Assembly (NCBI GenBank): GCA_024742735.1
Contig: JANSXV010000006.1
Span: 11,213-75,212, forward strand
Length of the DNA stretch: 64,000 nucleotides
Direction of reading: 5' to 3'
From: Alphaproteobacteria bacterium
GTDB taxonomy: Bacteria; Pseudomonadota; Alphaproteobacteria; Caulobacterales; Maricaulaceae
Shown here: positions 19,414 to 30,468 of the stretch, piece after piece
Layout of the letters: every line of letters begins with the position of its first letter
Position numbering within the stretch: the first letter of the stretch is position 1
The notes under the pieces: model-generated
Databases searched by the model: none
Told to the model about the DNA's origin: nothing
Seen by the model: the letters and a program-made list of their open reading frames with translations, nothing else
Position numbers and translations under genes: made by a program

Positions 19414-19550
19414 ACTTGAACGGTCGAAATTCCTGTCCGGCTAGATTGGCGGCTGGTCACGCTCCGTCAATGTGCAGCGCCTGACATCGAGCTGACATCT
19501 GAAAAATACGGGCGCCCGCTGTAACCGGATTGAAACGGGTTTGATAATCG

Positions 19551-19568
19551 TATAAAGATATCTTTATA
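19551..19568. promoter_or_regulatory. Perfect 18-bp palindrome, SahR/SamR-type operator upstream of metF
   Basis: TATAAAGATATCTTTATA, 65 bp before the metF start. Confidence 0.7.
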
Positions 19569-19632
19569 TCCGAGTGGCGGCTGCGGAGATTGGGTCCGCG
19601 CGCCGCTTATTCGTTCCAGACCGAGGCCGCTG

Positions 19633-20535
19633 ATGACGATCCTGTTTCGCAAGCCTGAGCCTGAAAAGCGGGACATCAAAGTCTCGTTCGAGTTCTTCCC
19701 GCCGAAGAATGCGGACATGGAAGAGCGGCTCTGGGAGTCCATCGGCCGGCTTGAGCCGCTCAACCCGCATTTCGTATCGGTGACCTATGGCGCGGGCGGG
19801 TCGACGCGAGACCGCACGCACCGCACCGTGCGCCGCATCGTCAAGGAGACCGGCATGAAGCCGGCCGCGCACTTGACCACGGTTTCGGCGACGCGTGACG
19901 AGATCGACTCCGTCATCCGTGACTACTGGGACGCCGGCGTTCGCCACATCGTGGCCCTGCGCGGCGATCCGCCCGAAGGCATCGGCGAGAAATACGTGCC
20001 CACCGAAGGCGGCTATGTGAACGCAGCCGACCTGGCCGCCGGCATCAAGCGCATCGGCGACTTCGAGATCTCCGTGGGCTGCTACCCGGAAAAGCACCCG
20101 GAAAGCCCGGATTTTGATTTCGACATCGACCTTCTCAAGAAGAAGATCGACAATGGCGCGACACGGGCCATCACCCAGTTCTTCTTCGAGGCGGACACTT
20201 ACTTCCGCTACCTGGAGAAGGTGCGCGCGGCCGGGATCGATATCCCCATCGTGCCCGGCATCATGCTTCAGCCCAATTTCAAGGGCCTGAAGCGCATGGC
20301 CGGCATGTGCGGCTCGCAGGTTCCGGCCTGGATGGACGAGCTCTACGAGGGTCTTGAGGACGACGCCAAGACTCGCGAGCTTGTCACCGCCCACGTGGCC
20401 GCCGAACTCGTCGGCAAGCTGGCCGACGGCGGGGCGGACCAGTTCCACCTGTACACGCTGAATCGCGCCGATCTGGCGCTGTCGACCTGCGCCCTGCTCG
20501 GGGTGAAACCCGAAACGGAGAAGGCCGCCGCGTAA
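19633..20535 (+). CDS. metF: 5,10-methylenetetrahydrofolate reductase
   Basis: SFEFFPPK, FVSVTYGAGGS, ALRGDPP, YPEKHPE, AITQFFF, HLYTLNR. Confidence 0.97.
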   Translation: MTILFRKPEPEKRDIKVSFEFFPPKNADMEERLWESIGRLEPLNPHFVSVTYGAGGSTRDRTHRTVRRIVKETGMKPAAHLTTVSATRDEIDSVIRDYWDAGVRHIVALRGDPPEGIGEKYVPTEGGYVNAADLAAGIKRIGDFEISVGCYPEKHPESPDFDFDIDLLKKKIDNGATRAITQFFFEADTYFRYLEKVRAAGIDIPIVPGIMLQPNFKGLKRMAGMCGSQVPAWMDELYEGLEDDAKTRELVTAHVAAELVGKLADGGADQFHLYTLNRADLALSTCALLGVKPETEKAAA

Positions 20536-20562
20536 GCGCGCCGCCCTCAACGAGGACGAAAC

Positions 20563-21624
20563 ATGACAAGAGCTGAGCGACTGGAAGCGCTCGAGGCCCT
20601 GTGCCGCGAGCGGGTGATCTGTATCGACGGGGCCATGGGCACCCAGATCCAGACCTACAAGCTGACCGAGGACGACTATCGCGGCGAGCGCTTCGCTGGC
20701 TGGGATTGCTCCATCCAGGGCAACAATGAGGTGCTGAACCTGTCCAAGCCCGAGTTGATCGAAGAAATCCACGCGCAGTTCTTCGAGGCGGGGTCCGACA
20801 TGATCGAGACCAACACCTTCTCGGCCACCCAGATCGCCCAGGCTGACTACAAGATGGAGGGTCTGGCCGCAGAGATCGCGGCGGAAGGCGCCCGGATCGC
20901 GCGCAAGGCCGCCGACGAGCGCGAGAAAGAGACCGGTGAACCGAAAGCCGTGCTGGGCGCCATCGGGCCGACCAACAAGACGCTGTCCCTGTCGCCGGAC
21001 GTGGAAGACCCCGGCTACCGCGCAGTGACCTTTGACGAGGTGCGCGACACCTACGCCGAACAGGCCAAGGCCATGGCGGAGTGCGTGGACTTCTTCCTGA
21101 TCGAGACGATCTTCGACACCCTGAACGCCAAGGCTGCGATCAAGGCGATCCTGGATCTACGCCGGGATGGCGAGATCGACGCCGGCATACCCATCATCCT
21201 GTCCGGCACGATTACCGACGCCTCGGGACGCACCCTGTCCGGCCAGACGACCGAGGCTTTCTATAACTCCATCCGACATGCGAAGCCGTGGGCGGTGGGC
21301 CTGAACTGCGCGCTCGGCGCCAAGGAGTTGCGCCCTTACGTGAAGGAGCTGAACCGGATCGCGGAGTGCAAGGTGCTGGCCTATCCCAACGCCGGCCTGC
21401 CCAACGCGTTCGGCGAATATGACGAGACGCCGGAGCAGACGGCTGGCTTCGTGGCCGAATGGCTGGAGGATGGCTGGCTGAACCTGGTGGGCGGATGCTG
21501 CGGCACGACACCCGACCATATCCGCGAAATCGCCAAGGCCGCGCGCAACGGCACGCCCCGAGATCCGATCACCCGCAAGCAGGCCATGCGCCTGTCGGGC
21601 CTGGAGCCGTTCGAACTGGCGTGA
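20563..21624 (+). CDS. metH: Methionine synthase MetH, N-terminal homocysteine-binding subunit (split gene)
   Basis: [42 protein letters not shown]. Confidence 0.95.
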   Translation: MTRAERLEALEALCRERVICIDGAMGTQIQTYKLTEDDYRGERFAGWDCSIQGNNEVLNLSKPELIEEIHAQFFEAGSDMIETNTFSATQIAQADYKMEGLAAEIAAEGARIARKAADEREKETGEPKAVLGAIGPTNKTLSLSPDVEDPGYRAVTFDEVRDTYAEQAKAMAECVDFFLIETIFDTLNAKAAIKAILDLRRDGEIDAGIPIILSGTITDASGRTLSGQTTEAFYNSIRHAKPWAVGLNCALGAKELRPYVKELNRIAECKVLAYPNAGLPNAFGEYDETPEQTAGFVAEWLEDGWLNLVGGCCGTTPDHIREIAKAARNGTPRDPITRKQAMRLSGLEPFELA

Positions 21625-21672
21625 GAATGCGGTTAGGCTGGATGGCTTCAGACCCCGGGACAGGAGTGCTCC

Positions 21673-21906
21673 ATGAAGTTCGCCATTCGCCTGATCATCG
21701 CCGTTCTGTTCGGCCTGTTCGCTTACGTTCTGCTCAGCCTCGTGCTGGGGGTCGTACTTGAAAATCAGTGGCTCAGCTCCGGTCTGTCGACCGTGTTGGC
21801 GATCGCGGCCTTCCTGATCGCCCTGTTCGGAAAGGGCTCCGCGGGTGGGCCTGACATCAACGGCCCTGGAGGCATGGGGCCCACAAACTTTGATCGAGAT
21901 ACGTAA
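21673..21906 (+). CDS. Small two-TM membrane protein between the metH halves
   Basis: CAGGAG RBS, two hydrophobic helices, Gly/Pro-rich tail; stop 3 nt before the metH C-half ATG. Confidence 0.7.
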   Translation: MKFAIRLIIAVLFGLFAYVLLSLVLGVVLENQWLSSGLSTVLAIAAFLIALFGKGSAGGPDINGPGGMGPTNFDRDT

Positions 21907-21908
21907 CC

Positions 21909-24617
<2,709 letters not shown>

Positions 24618-24679
24618 GGCGCTCGACGCAACCGTCCTCGGCGCTCTAGCATTGAGGTGAAGCCTGACCGGAGACCGCC

Positions 24680-25951
24680 ATGCACGCCCTCGTTCTCGCC
24701 GCCGCGTTGCTTGTTCAGCAGGCTGAACCTGTTTCGGAAACTGGCGCGCCCGTTGACGAGCCCGCGCCGGTTTCCGCGATCGCCCTGGATCTCCTTGAAC
24801 GCCTGCCGCCATCCATCGAGGACTGGTCGCCGGAGGGGACGGAGGGGGCCGCAGCCATGCAGGCCTTCGCCATGGTGGGCCGCGAAGACCTGGTCGCCCG
24901 CTTCGACGCCGCCGCCTTCACCTATCAGCCCTGCCCGGTGCTGGAAGGCGATGCACTCGAGGCCGTCATTGAGGCGGCGCGCGCCGCCCAGATCGTCATC
25001 ATCAATGAGGCCCACGACCAGCCCTTTCATCGCCATGTCATCGCTCAGCTCGGTCTGGCGCTGAGCGATGACTTCGAGGTCTTCGCCGCGGAGACGTTCA
25101 ACTATGTCCGCCTCATGGAGCCGCGCGAGCCCGGCCCGCTGGGCTGGTATGACCGCGAACCGGTCTTCGCCCGCCAGATCGCGGCGCTGGATGAGGCCGG
25201 TTATCGCTTTGTCGCCTATGAAATCCGCGCCCCTCAACGTGATCCGGAGGCGGAGAGCCGTGAGGCGCGCATCGCCGTGCGCGAGGAGGCCCAGGCGGAC
25301 AATCTGATCGCCGAGGTGCTGGCCGACGATCCCGATGCGCGCATCCTCGTCCATGTGGGCTATTCCCACGTCCTGGAAGCGCCCCAGCCTCAGCCTGGCA
25401 TGGGCTCTGACGGCGAAGACGCTGAACCGCTCGTCTGGTTCGCCGCGCGCCTGAAGGCCAAGACCGGCATCGATCCGCTGACGATCTCGCAGACCCATTG
25501 CAGCCCTGCGGCGGCGGCTCCGCTTGGAGAGGGCGAAGGGGCTGATGGCGGTGTTGACGACACTCCCGAGGGTGAAGGGCCCGCCGATCCCGTTCCGGCC
25601 ATCGGGCCGGGCGAGCTGGTCTTGGCTGACGGATCAGGCGCTGCGCCGGCAGGGGCGGTGGACCTCTTTCTGGCCCATGGCCCCATCACCTTCACCGATC
25701 ACCGTCCTGACTGGCGGCGCGCCGCCGGTGATGGCGCCGTAGCGATTCCCGAGGCGCTCTTGCCGGAGAATGGACCCGTGATCGTTGAAGCCCGCGCGCC
25801 CGAGGCGACGCTGGAGCACCTGCCCATTGACCGGGTGCTGGTTTATCCCGGCGAAGCGCCGGTCCTGCTGCTGCCGCAAGGAGAGTGGGTGGTGACGGCG
25901 TGGAACGGCGGCGGTCAGGTCGGCGATGCGGTGACTGTCACGGCCGGGTAG
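24680..25951 (+). CDS. Exported protein, EreA/ChaN/Tiki-like fold suspected
   Basis: Signal peptide; IINEAHD..FH, AAETF and VGYSHV resemble the metal-site motifs of that superfamily. Confidence 0.5.
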   Translation: MHALVLAAALLVQQAEPVSETGAPVDEPAPVSAIALDLLERLPPSIEDWSPEGTEGAAAMQAFAMVGREDLVARFDAAAFTYQPCPVLEGDALEAVIEAARAAQIVIINEAHDQPFHRHVIAQLGLALSDDFEVFAAETFNYVRLMEPREPGPLGWYDREPVFARQIAALDEAGYRFVAYEIRAPQRDPEAESREARIAVREEAQADNLIAEVLADDPDARILVHVGYSHVLEAPQPQPGMGSDGEDAEPLVWFAARLKAKTGIDPLTISQTHCSPAAAAPLGEGEGADGGVDDTPEGEGPADPVPAIGPGELVLADGSGAAPAGAVDLFLAHGPITFTDHRPDWRRAAGDGAVAIPEALLPENGPVIVEARAPEATLEHLPIDRVLVYPGEAPVLLLPQGEWVVTAWNGGGQVGDAVTVTAG

Positions 25952-25957
25952 GCCGCT

Positions 25958-26788
25958 TCAGAACCGTCCCTGCTGATAGTCCAGCATGGCCTGGCGCACC
26001 TCGCCCTCGGTGGTCATCACGAACGGCCCGCCCCACACGATGGGCTCTCGGATGGGTTTGGCGGCGGCGAGCATCACGCGCGCGCCCTGCGGCCCGGCTT
26101 TCAGCCGTATGGTCTTGCCTGCGCCATAGACGCCCAGCATGGCTTCCGACAGCCTCATACCGCCGGTTTCAACTGAACCGGAGTGCACCGCCGCGAAGGC
26201 GGTTTTCTCATCGCTGATTGCCTCTTCGAAGACCGCGCCCGGCGCCATGCGCAGCTCGGCGTAGAAGGGCTCCACGGTCACACCGGTCACGGGGCCTTCG
26301 ACCCCGGCCGAGGTCCGCCCGGCGATGATCTTGGCGGTCACGCCCTCGCGCTCATCGGCCGGCACGCCGGCCTCGCCATATTCCTGATAGGCGGCAGGTT
26401 TCATCTTTTCCGCGGCCGGCAGGTTCACCCAGAGCTGGAAGCCGCTCATGAGCCCGTCTTCCTGTTCCGGCATTTCCGAATGGACGATGCCGCCCGCGGC
26501 CGTCATCCACTGAACGCCGCCCGGCTCGATCACGCCCTCATGACCCTTGTTGTCCTGATGGCGCATGCGGCCCTCGACCATATAGGTCACAGTCTCGAAG
26601 CCCCGGTGGGGGTGGGGCGGAAAGCCGGCCAGATAATCATCGGGATTATCGGAGTGGAACTTGTCCAGCATCAGGAAGGGATCCAGCACGCGCAGCTCGG
26701 GCGTGCCCAGAAGGCGCGTTAGTTTCACCCCGGCGCCGTCGCTGGCGGGCATGCCTTTGGTGGTCTTGATGATGGGACGTTCGGTCAT
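25958..26788 (-). CDS. Pirin family protein
   Basis: DPFLMLD, HPHRGFETVTY, QWMTAAGGIVHSE, GPFVMTT. Confidence 0.95.
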   Translation of the reverse strand: MTERPIIKTTKGMPASDGAGVKLTRLLGTPELRVLDPFLMLDKFHSDNPDDYLAGFPPHPHRGFETVTYMVEGRMRHQDNKGHEGVIEPGGVQWMTAAGGIVHSEMPEQEDGLMSGFQLWVNLPAAEKMKPAAYQEYGEAGVPADEREGVTAKIIAGRTSAGVEGPVTGVTVEPFYAELRMAPGAVFEEAISDEKTAFAAVHSGSVETGGMRLSEAMLGVYGAGKTIRLKAGPQGARVMLAAAKPIREPIVWGGPFVMTTEGEVRQAMLDYQQGRF

Positions 26789-26953
26789 GGCGGCCTCCCT
26801 TGATGCTCAGCGCCATAAATGGCGCGGCTGCGTCGATCCGCCAACCGGGGCGCCGGAAGCATGCCGTTTCCAGCTGTTCGATAATCCGAGCGCCCAAAAA
26901 CCGCCCCCTTCGCGATCATCCTTGAGCGCAGGTGAAACCGCACGGGGGCGGAT

Positions 26954-27667
26954 ATGCGGATTCTGGCGGGCGCGGTGATCATCTTGGCCGTGGTCGCGGC
27001 GATCTATGGCCTCGCCTTCTTTCATCCCGGCGCCGCGCCGAACGGCCAGGCCCTGGCTGAGGCGGTGCGCCCGGACCATCGCCTGTTCGTTGGGTTCGGG
27101 GCCGTGATTCTGCTGGCGCTGGGCGCGGGCGCCCGCCTGCGCGGCGTGAATGAGGCCAGCAGCTATCTTCTGACGTTAATTGTCCTGGTCCTGCTAGGCG
27201 CGGCTGCGATGGCCGGGATCGCCCATGCCCTGGCGTATGAAGACCTGCACCGGACCACGCACTGGGCCGGGCGGGCTTTGGGCAATCTGATGGACGTCGT
27301 GCCGGGAACGCTGGGCAGCCTGGTCGGGGCATCAAGTCTGGAAGACGGCGCGGTGCGGCTCGGGTCCGGCGCGGCCAAGGGCCTGGGGCGGACCCTGGTG
27401 GACATGGTGCGCCATCCTGGCTTCGAGACCATCGCCGACGGGCCGCTCACCCTGATCGTTTTCCTGCCCCTGCCTGCGGCTCTGACCGCTTATGTGGTCG
27501 GCGTCGGACCAAAGGTGGCGGCCCGGTTTCATGCCGGTCAGCCGCTCTGGCTGAGGCTGTCGGCGCAGATCACGCTCTTTGCAGGGCTTTATCTCGCGCT
27601 CAGTGCAGTTTACCTCAACATGCTCGTGCGTCAGTCGGCGAACCTGGCCGGCACGCTGTTCGGCTGA
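26954..27667 (+). CDS. Hypothetical multi-pass membrane protein
   Basis: Five or so hydrophobic segments, GC-rich codon usage, directly upstream of rimK. Confidence 0.65.
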   Translation: MRILAGAVIILAVVAAIYGLAFFHPGAAPNGQALAEAVRPDHRLFVGFGAVILLALGAGARLRGVNEASSYLLTLIVLVLLGAAAMAGIAHALAYEDLHRTTHWAGRALGNLMDVVPGTLGSLVGASSLEDGAVRLGSGAAKGLGRTLVDMVRHPGFETIADGPLTLIVFLPLPAALTAYVVGVGPKVAARFHAGQPLWLRLSAQITLFAGLYLALSAVYLNMLVRQSANLAGTLFG

Positions 27668-27686
27668 AGCCGTATCGGAGCATTCG

Positions 27687-29111
27687 TTGAGCGATAATCC
27701 CTTCATTCTCGGCTGGGAAGAGTGGGCGGCGTTTCCCGGCCTTGGCCTGCCCGCCATCAAGGCCAAGGTCGACACCGGCGCGCGCACCAGCGCGCTGCAT
27801 GCGGTGGCCGTCGAGCCTTTCGGGCCGGAGAACGCGCCCCAGGTGCGCTTCATCATGCATCCGATCCCCGACCAGCCCGAGGTGGAGGTGATCTGCGCGG
27901 CGCCGGCGGTGGACCGGCGCGAAGTGACCAGCTCCAACGGGGACAGCGAGCTGCGCTGGGTGATCGAGGCGCGCGTGCGCATCGGTGGGCGCGAGTGGCC
28001 CATCGAGGTGTCGCTCACCAATCGGGAGACCATGCAATACCGCATGCTGCTGGGACGCTCGGCGATCAAGGATGACATGGTGGTCAATCCCACCCAGTCC
28101 TGCGTCCAGGGCGAGCTGAGCTTTGACCTCTACAAGGACTTTCCGCGCCGCACGCCGGTCAAACGCCCGCTCAGGATCGCGATCCTGACCCGGGAGCCGA
28201 ACAATTACTCCTCCCAGCGGCTGAAAGAAGCCGCAGAAGCGCGCGGGCACGTGGCGGAAATGGTCAACACGGCCCGGTGCACCATGGCGATCAACGCCAT
28301 GAACCCGGCGGTGTATTATGACGGCCGCAAGCTGCCGCGCTACGACGCGGTGATCCCACGCATCGGCGCCACCATGACCAATTACGGCATGGCCGTGCTG
28401 CGCCAGTTCCGTCTGACCGGGGCGTATATCCTCAACACCGCCGAAGCCATCGGCGCCAGCCGGGACAAGCTCTACGCCCACCAGGTGCTTGCCCGGGCCG
28501 GCATCGGGATGCCGACCACGGCGTTCGCGCACAGCCCGAAAGACACCAAGAACCTTATCGAGCATGTCGGCGGCGCGCCGCTGGTGGTGAAGCTTCTTGA
28601 AAGCACGCAGGGGCGCGGCGTGGTGCTGGCCGAGACCCGCAAGGCGGCGGAAAGCGTCATCGACGCCTTCAGAGGTCTGGATGCGAACTTCATCGTTCAG
28701 GAGTTCGTCAAGGAAGCCGCCGGCGTGGACATTCGCTGCTTCGTGGTGGGCGGGCGCGTGGTCGCCGCCATGAAGCGCGAGGCCGCCGCCGGCGAGTTCC
28801 GCTCCAACCTGCACCGGGGCGGGCAGGCGAGCCGCGTGCGCATCACCAAGGAAGAACGTCTCGCCGCCGTACGTGCGGCGCGCGCCATGGGGCTGTCGGT
28901 GGCAGGGGTGGACCTTCTGCGCTCGGACGCCGGGCCAAAGGTGCTGGAGGTGAACTCCTCCCCTGGTCTGGAGGGGATCGAAGCGAGTTCGGGCAAGGAT
29001 GTCGCCGGCCTCATCATCCAGCGTCTGGAGACCCATGTGCAGGCGGTCACCCGGCCCCCGTCCCGGCGCAAGGTGCGCAAGACCGCGGGCGGAGACAGTC
29101 CGGAGACCTGA
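27687..29111 (+). CDS. rimK: RimK alpha-L-glutamate ligase fused to N-terminal retropepsin-like (ATP-dependent Zn protease family) domain
   Basis: [26 protein letters not shown], then ATP-grasp [37 protein letters not shown]; TTG start behind GGAG. Confidence 0.9.
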   Translation: MSDNPFILGWEEWAAFPGLGLPAIKAKVDTGARTSALHAVAVEPFGPENAPQVRFIMHPIPDQPEVEVICAAPAVDRREVTSSNGDSELRWVIEARVRIGGREWPIEVSLTNRETMQYRMLLGRSAIKDDMVVNPTQSCVQGELSFDLYKDFPRRTPVKRPLRIAILTREPNNYSSQRLKEAAEARGHVAEMVNTARCTMAINAMNPAVYYDGRKLPRYDAVIPRIGATMTNYGMAVLRQFRLTGAYILNTAEAIGASRDKLYAHQVLARAGIGMPTTAFAHSPKDTKNLIEHVGGAPLVVKLLESTQGRGVVLAETRKAAESVIDAFRGLDANFIVQEFVKEAAGVDIRCFVVGGRVVAAMKREAAAGEFRSNLHRGGQASRVRITKEERLAAVRAARAMGLSVAGVDLLRSDAGPKVLEVNSSPGLEGIEASSGKDVAGLIIQRLETHVQAVTRPPSRRKVRKTAGGDSPET

Positions 29112-29117
29112 CCCGAC

Positions 29118-29149
29118 AAAAAGCGCCCCGCACCAGAAATGCGGGGCGC
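29118..29149 (-). terminator. Intrinsic terminator between convergent rimK and fasciclin genes
   Basis: 10-bp stem GCGCCCCGCA/TGCGGGGCGC preceded by AAAAA (U-tract on minus strand). Confidence 0.7.
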
Positions 29150-29207
29150 CTGCATCAGAGCAACCGGCGCGGCCGGGGGATCCGCGCCGATTGCGTCGCG
29201 TCGGGGC

Positions 29208-29729
29208 TTACATGCCCGGCGTGATGACGCCGTCGATGACGTGGATCACGCCGTTGGAGGCGTCGATGTCGGCGGCGATGACCGTCGCGCCGTCCACGGT
29301 GACCGTGCCGTCTTCGCCGACGACGACGTTGACCGTGTCACCCTGCAGGGTTTCCAGATCATACGTGCCGGCCGGGGTCTCGGCGGCGAAATATTCGCCC
29401 GGCACCACGTGATAGGTCAGGATCGCGGTCAGCTGGTCACGATTTGCTTCCTCCAGCAGCGAAGCCAGAACGCCGTCGGGGAGCGCCGCGAACGCGTCAT
29501 TGGTCGGAGCAAAGACCGTGAACGGGCCTTCGCCGGACAGGGCGCCGGCCAGGTCCGCGGTGGTGACGGCCGTCACCAGGGTGGAGAAGGTCTCGTCGCC
29601 GGCGGCGATTTCGACGATGTTCTGCTGCTCGTCCATCTGCGAGCCGCCGTGATGGTCGGCGAGGGCGACCGGCGTTGCGGCGCCGAACGCCAGGGCGGAG
29701 GCGGTAAGAAGGGTGGAAAGGCGCATCAT
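29208..29729 (-). CDS. Secreted fasciclin (FAS1) domain protein
   Basis: Signal peptide, GPFTVFAPTNDAF, ILTYHVV, ASNGVIHVID. Confidence 0.95.
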   Translation of the reverse strand: MMRLSTLLTASALAFGAATPVALADHHGGSQMDEQQNIVEIAAGDETFSTLVTAVTTADLAGALSGEGPFTVFAPTNDAFAALPDGVLASLLEEANRDQLTAILTYHVVPGEYFAAETPAGTYDLETLQGDTVNVVVGEDGTVTVDGATVIAADIDASNGVIHVIDGVITPGM

Positions 29730-29869
29730 GTCAGCTCCTTAAGCTGCTGAAACCTGAAACCGCGCCAGCTCGAATACGCCAAGCGCGGGTGCTCTATCGT
29801 ATATAGAACATGCAATATTACGGCGCAGGGAGCAGCCTGGATCAGGTCAGGACCGATCATGACAGGAAT

Positions 29870-30280
29870 TTAAGAGTTCGGGTCAGGCTCGGACGGCAAT
29901 CCCTGGCTCACAAAAGCCTCGGCTCCGCCGGCGAACCGGCACAGCCAGCTCAGGCCAGGATGCGCCTCGATCCGGGCCAGGCTCTGATCGTCGACATCCA
30001 CGAATTCCAGGTCCCAGCCCTCGAAGTGGCGGTCGTCGGTCGGCTTCATCTCATGAAGGCGGAACTCGGAGTGCCGACGGTCGTCCCAGATCTGTTCTGT
30101 CGTTTCCCGCACCGCCTTGGGCGGCCCTTCCAACGCGGAAAGACAATCACGCCCCCGCATCAGCCAGGCGCCCGTTATCCCGTCGCGCTTGTTGCGCGCT
30201 TGCGCGCGCGCGACGATCGCCTCGATCTCTGCGCGACCGATGGCGGGATCGAGGCGCGAGGTATAGACGATCCGGAACAC
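29870..30280 (-). CDS. BLUF-like domain protein, degenerate
   Basis: IVYTSR, RN..GITG, LEGP..AV, DD.RH, F..W pattern; the conserved Gln and Met are replaced. Confidence 0.8.
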   Translation of the reverse strand: MFRIVYTSRLDPAIGRAEIEAIVARAQARNKRDGITGAWLMRGRDCLSALEGPPKAVRETTEQIWDDRRHSEFRLHEMKPTDDRHFEGWDLEFVDVDDQSLARIEAHPGLSWLCRFAGGAEAFVSQGLPSEPDPNS

Positions 30281-30468
30281 GTTTTCTCCTTACTGACCCC
30301 TTCCGTAATGGAGAATTGTCCGCACCTTACAACACGCGGCGCGCTTGCTGAATGCATTTAGTTATTATGCGCCTGAGGCTACTCAGCCGACTGCCGCGCC
30401 AACCGGCTAAAGGTCGCGTCGCGATCGTATTGAATGTTGCTGGATCGCGAAGTCGTCGGCTGGTGCGA

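Noticed and set aside
19414-19632. SAM-II or SAM-SAH riboswitch upstream of metF
   Set aside because: I could not find the conserved cores of those classes; only an operator palindrome and a plain hairpin are supported.
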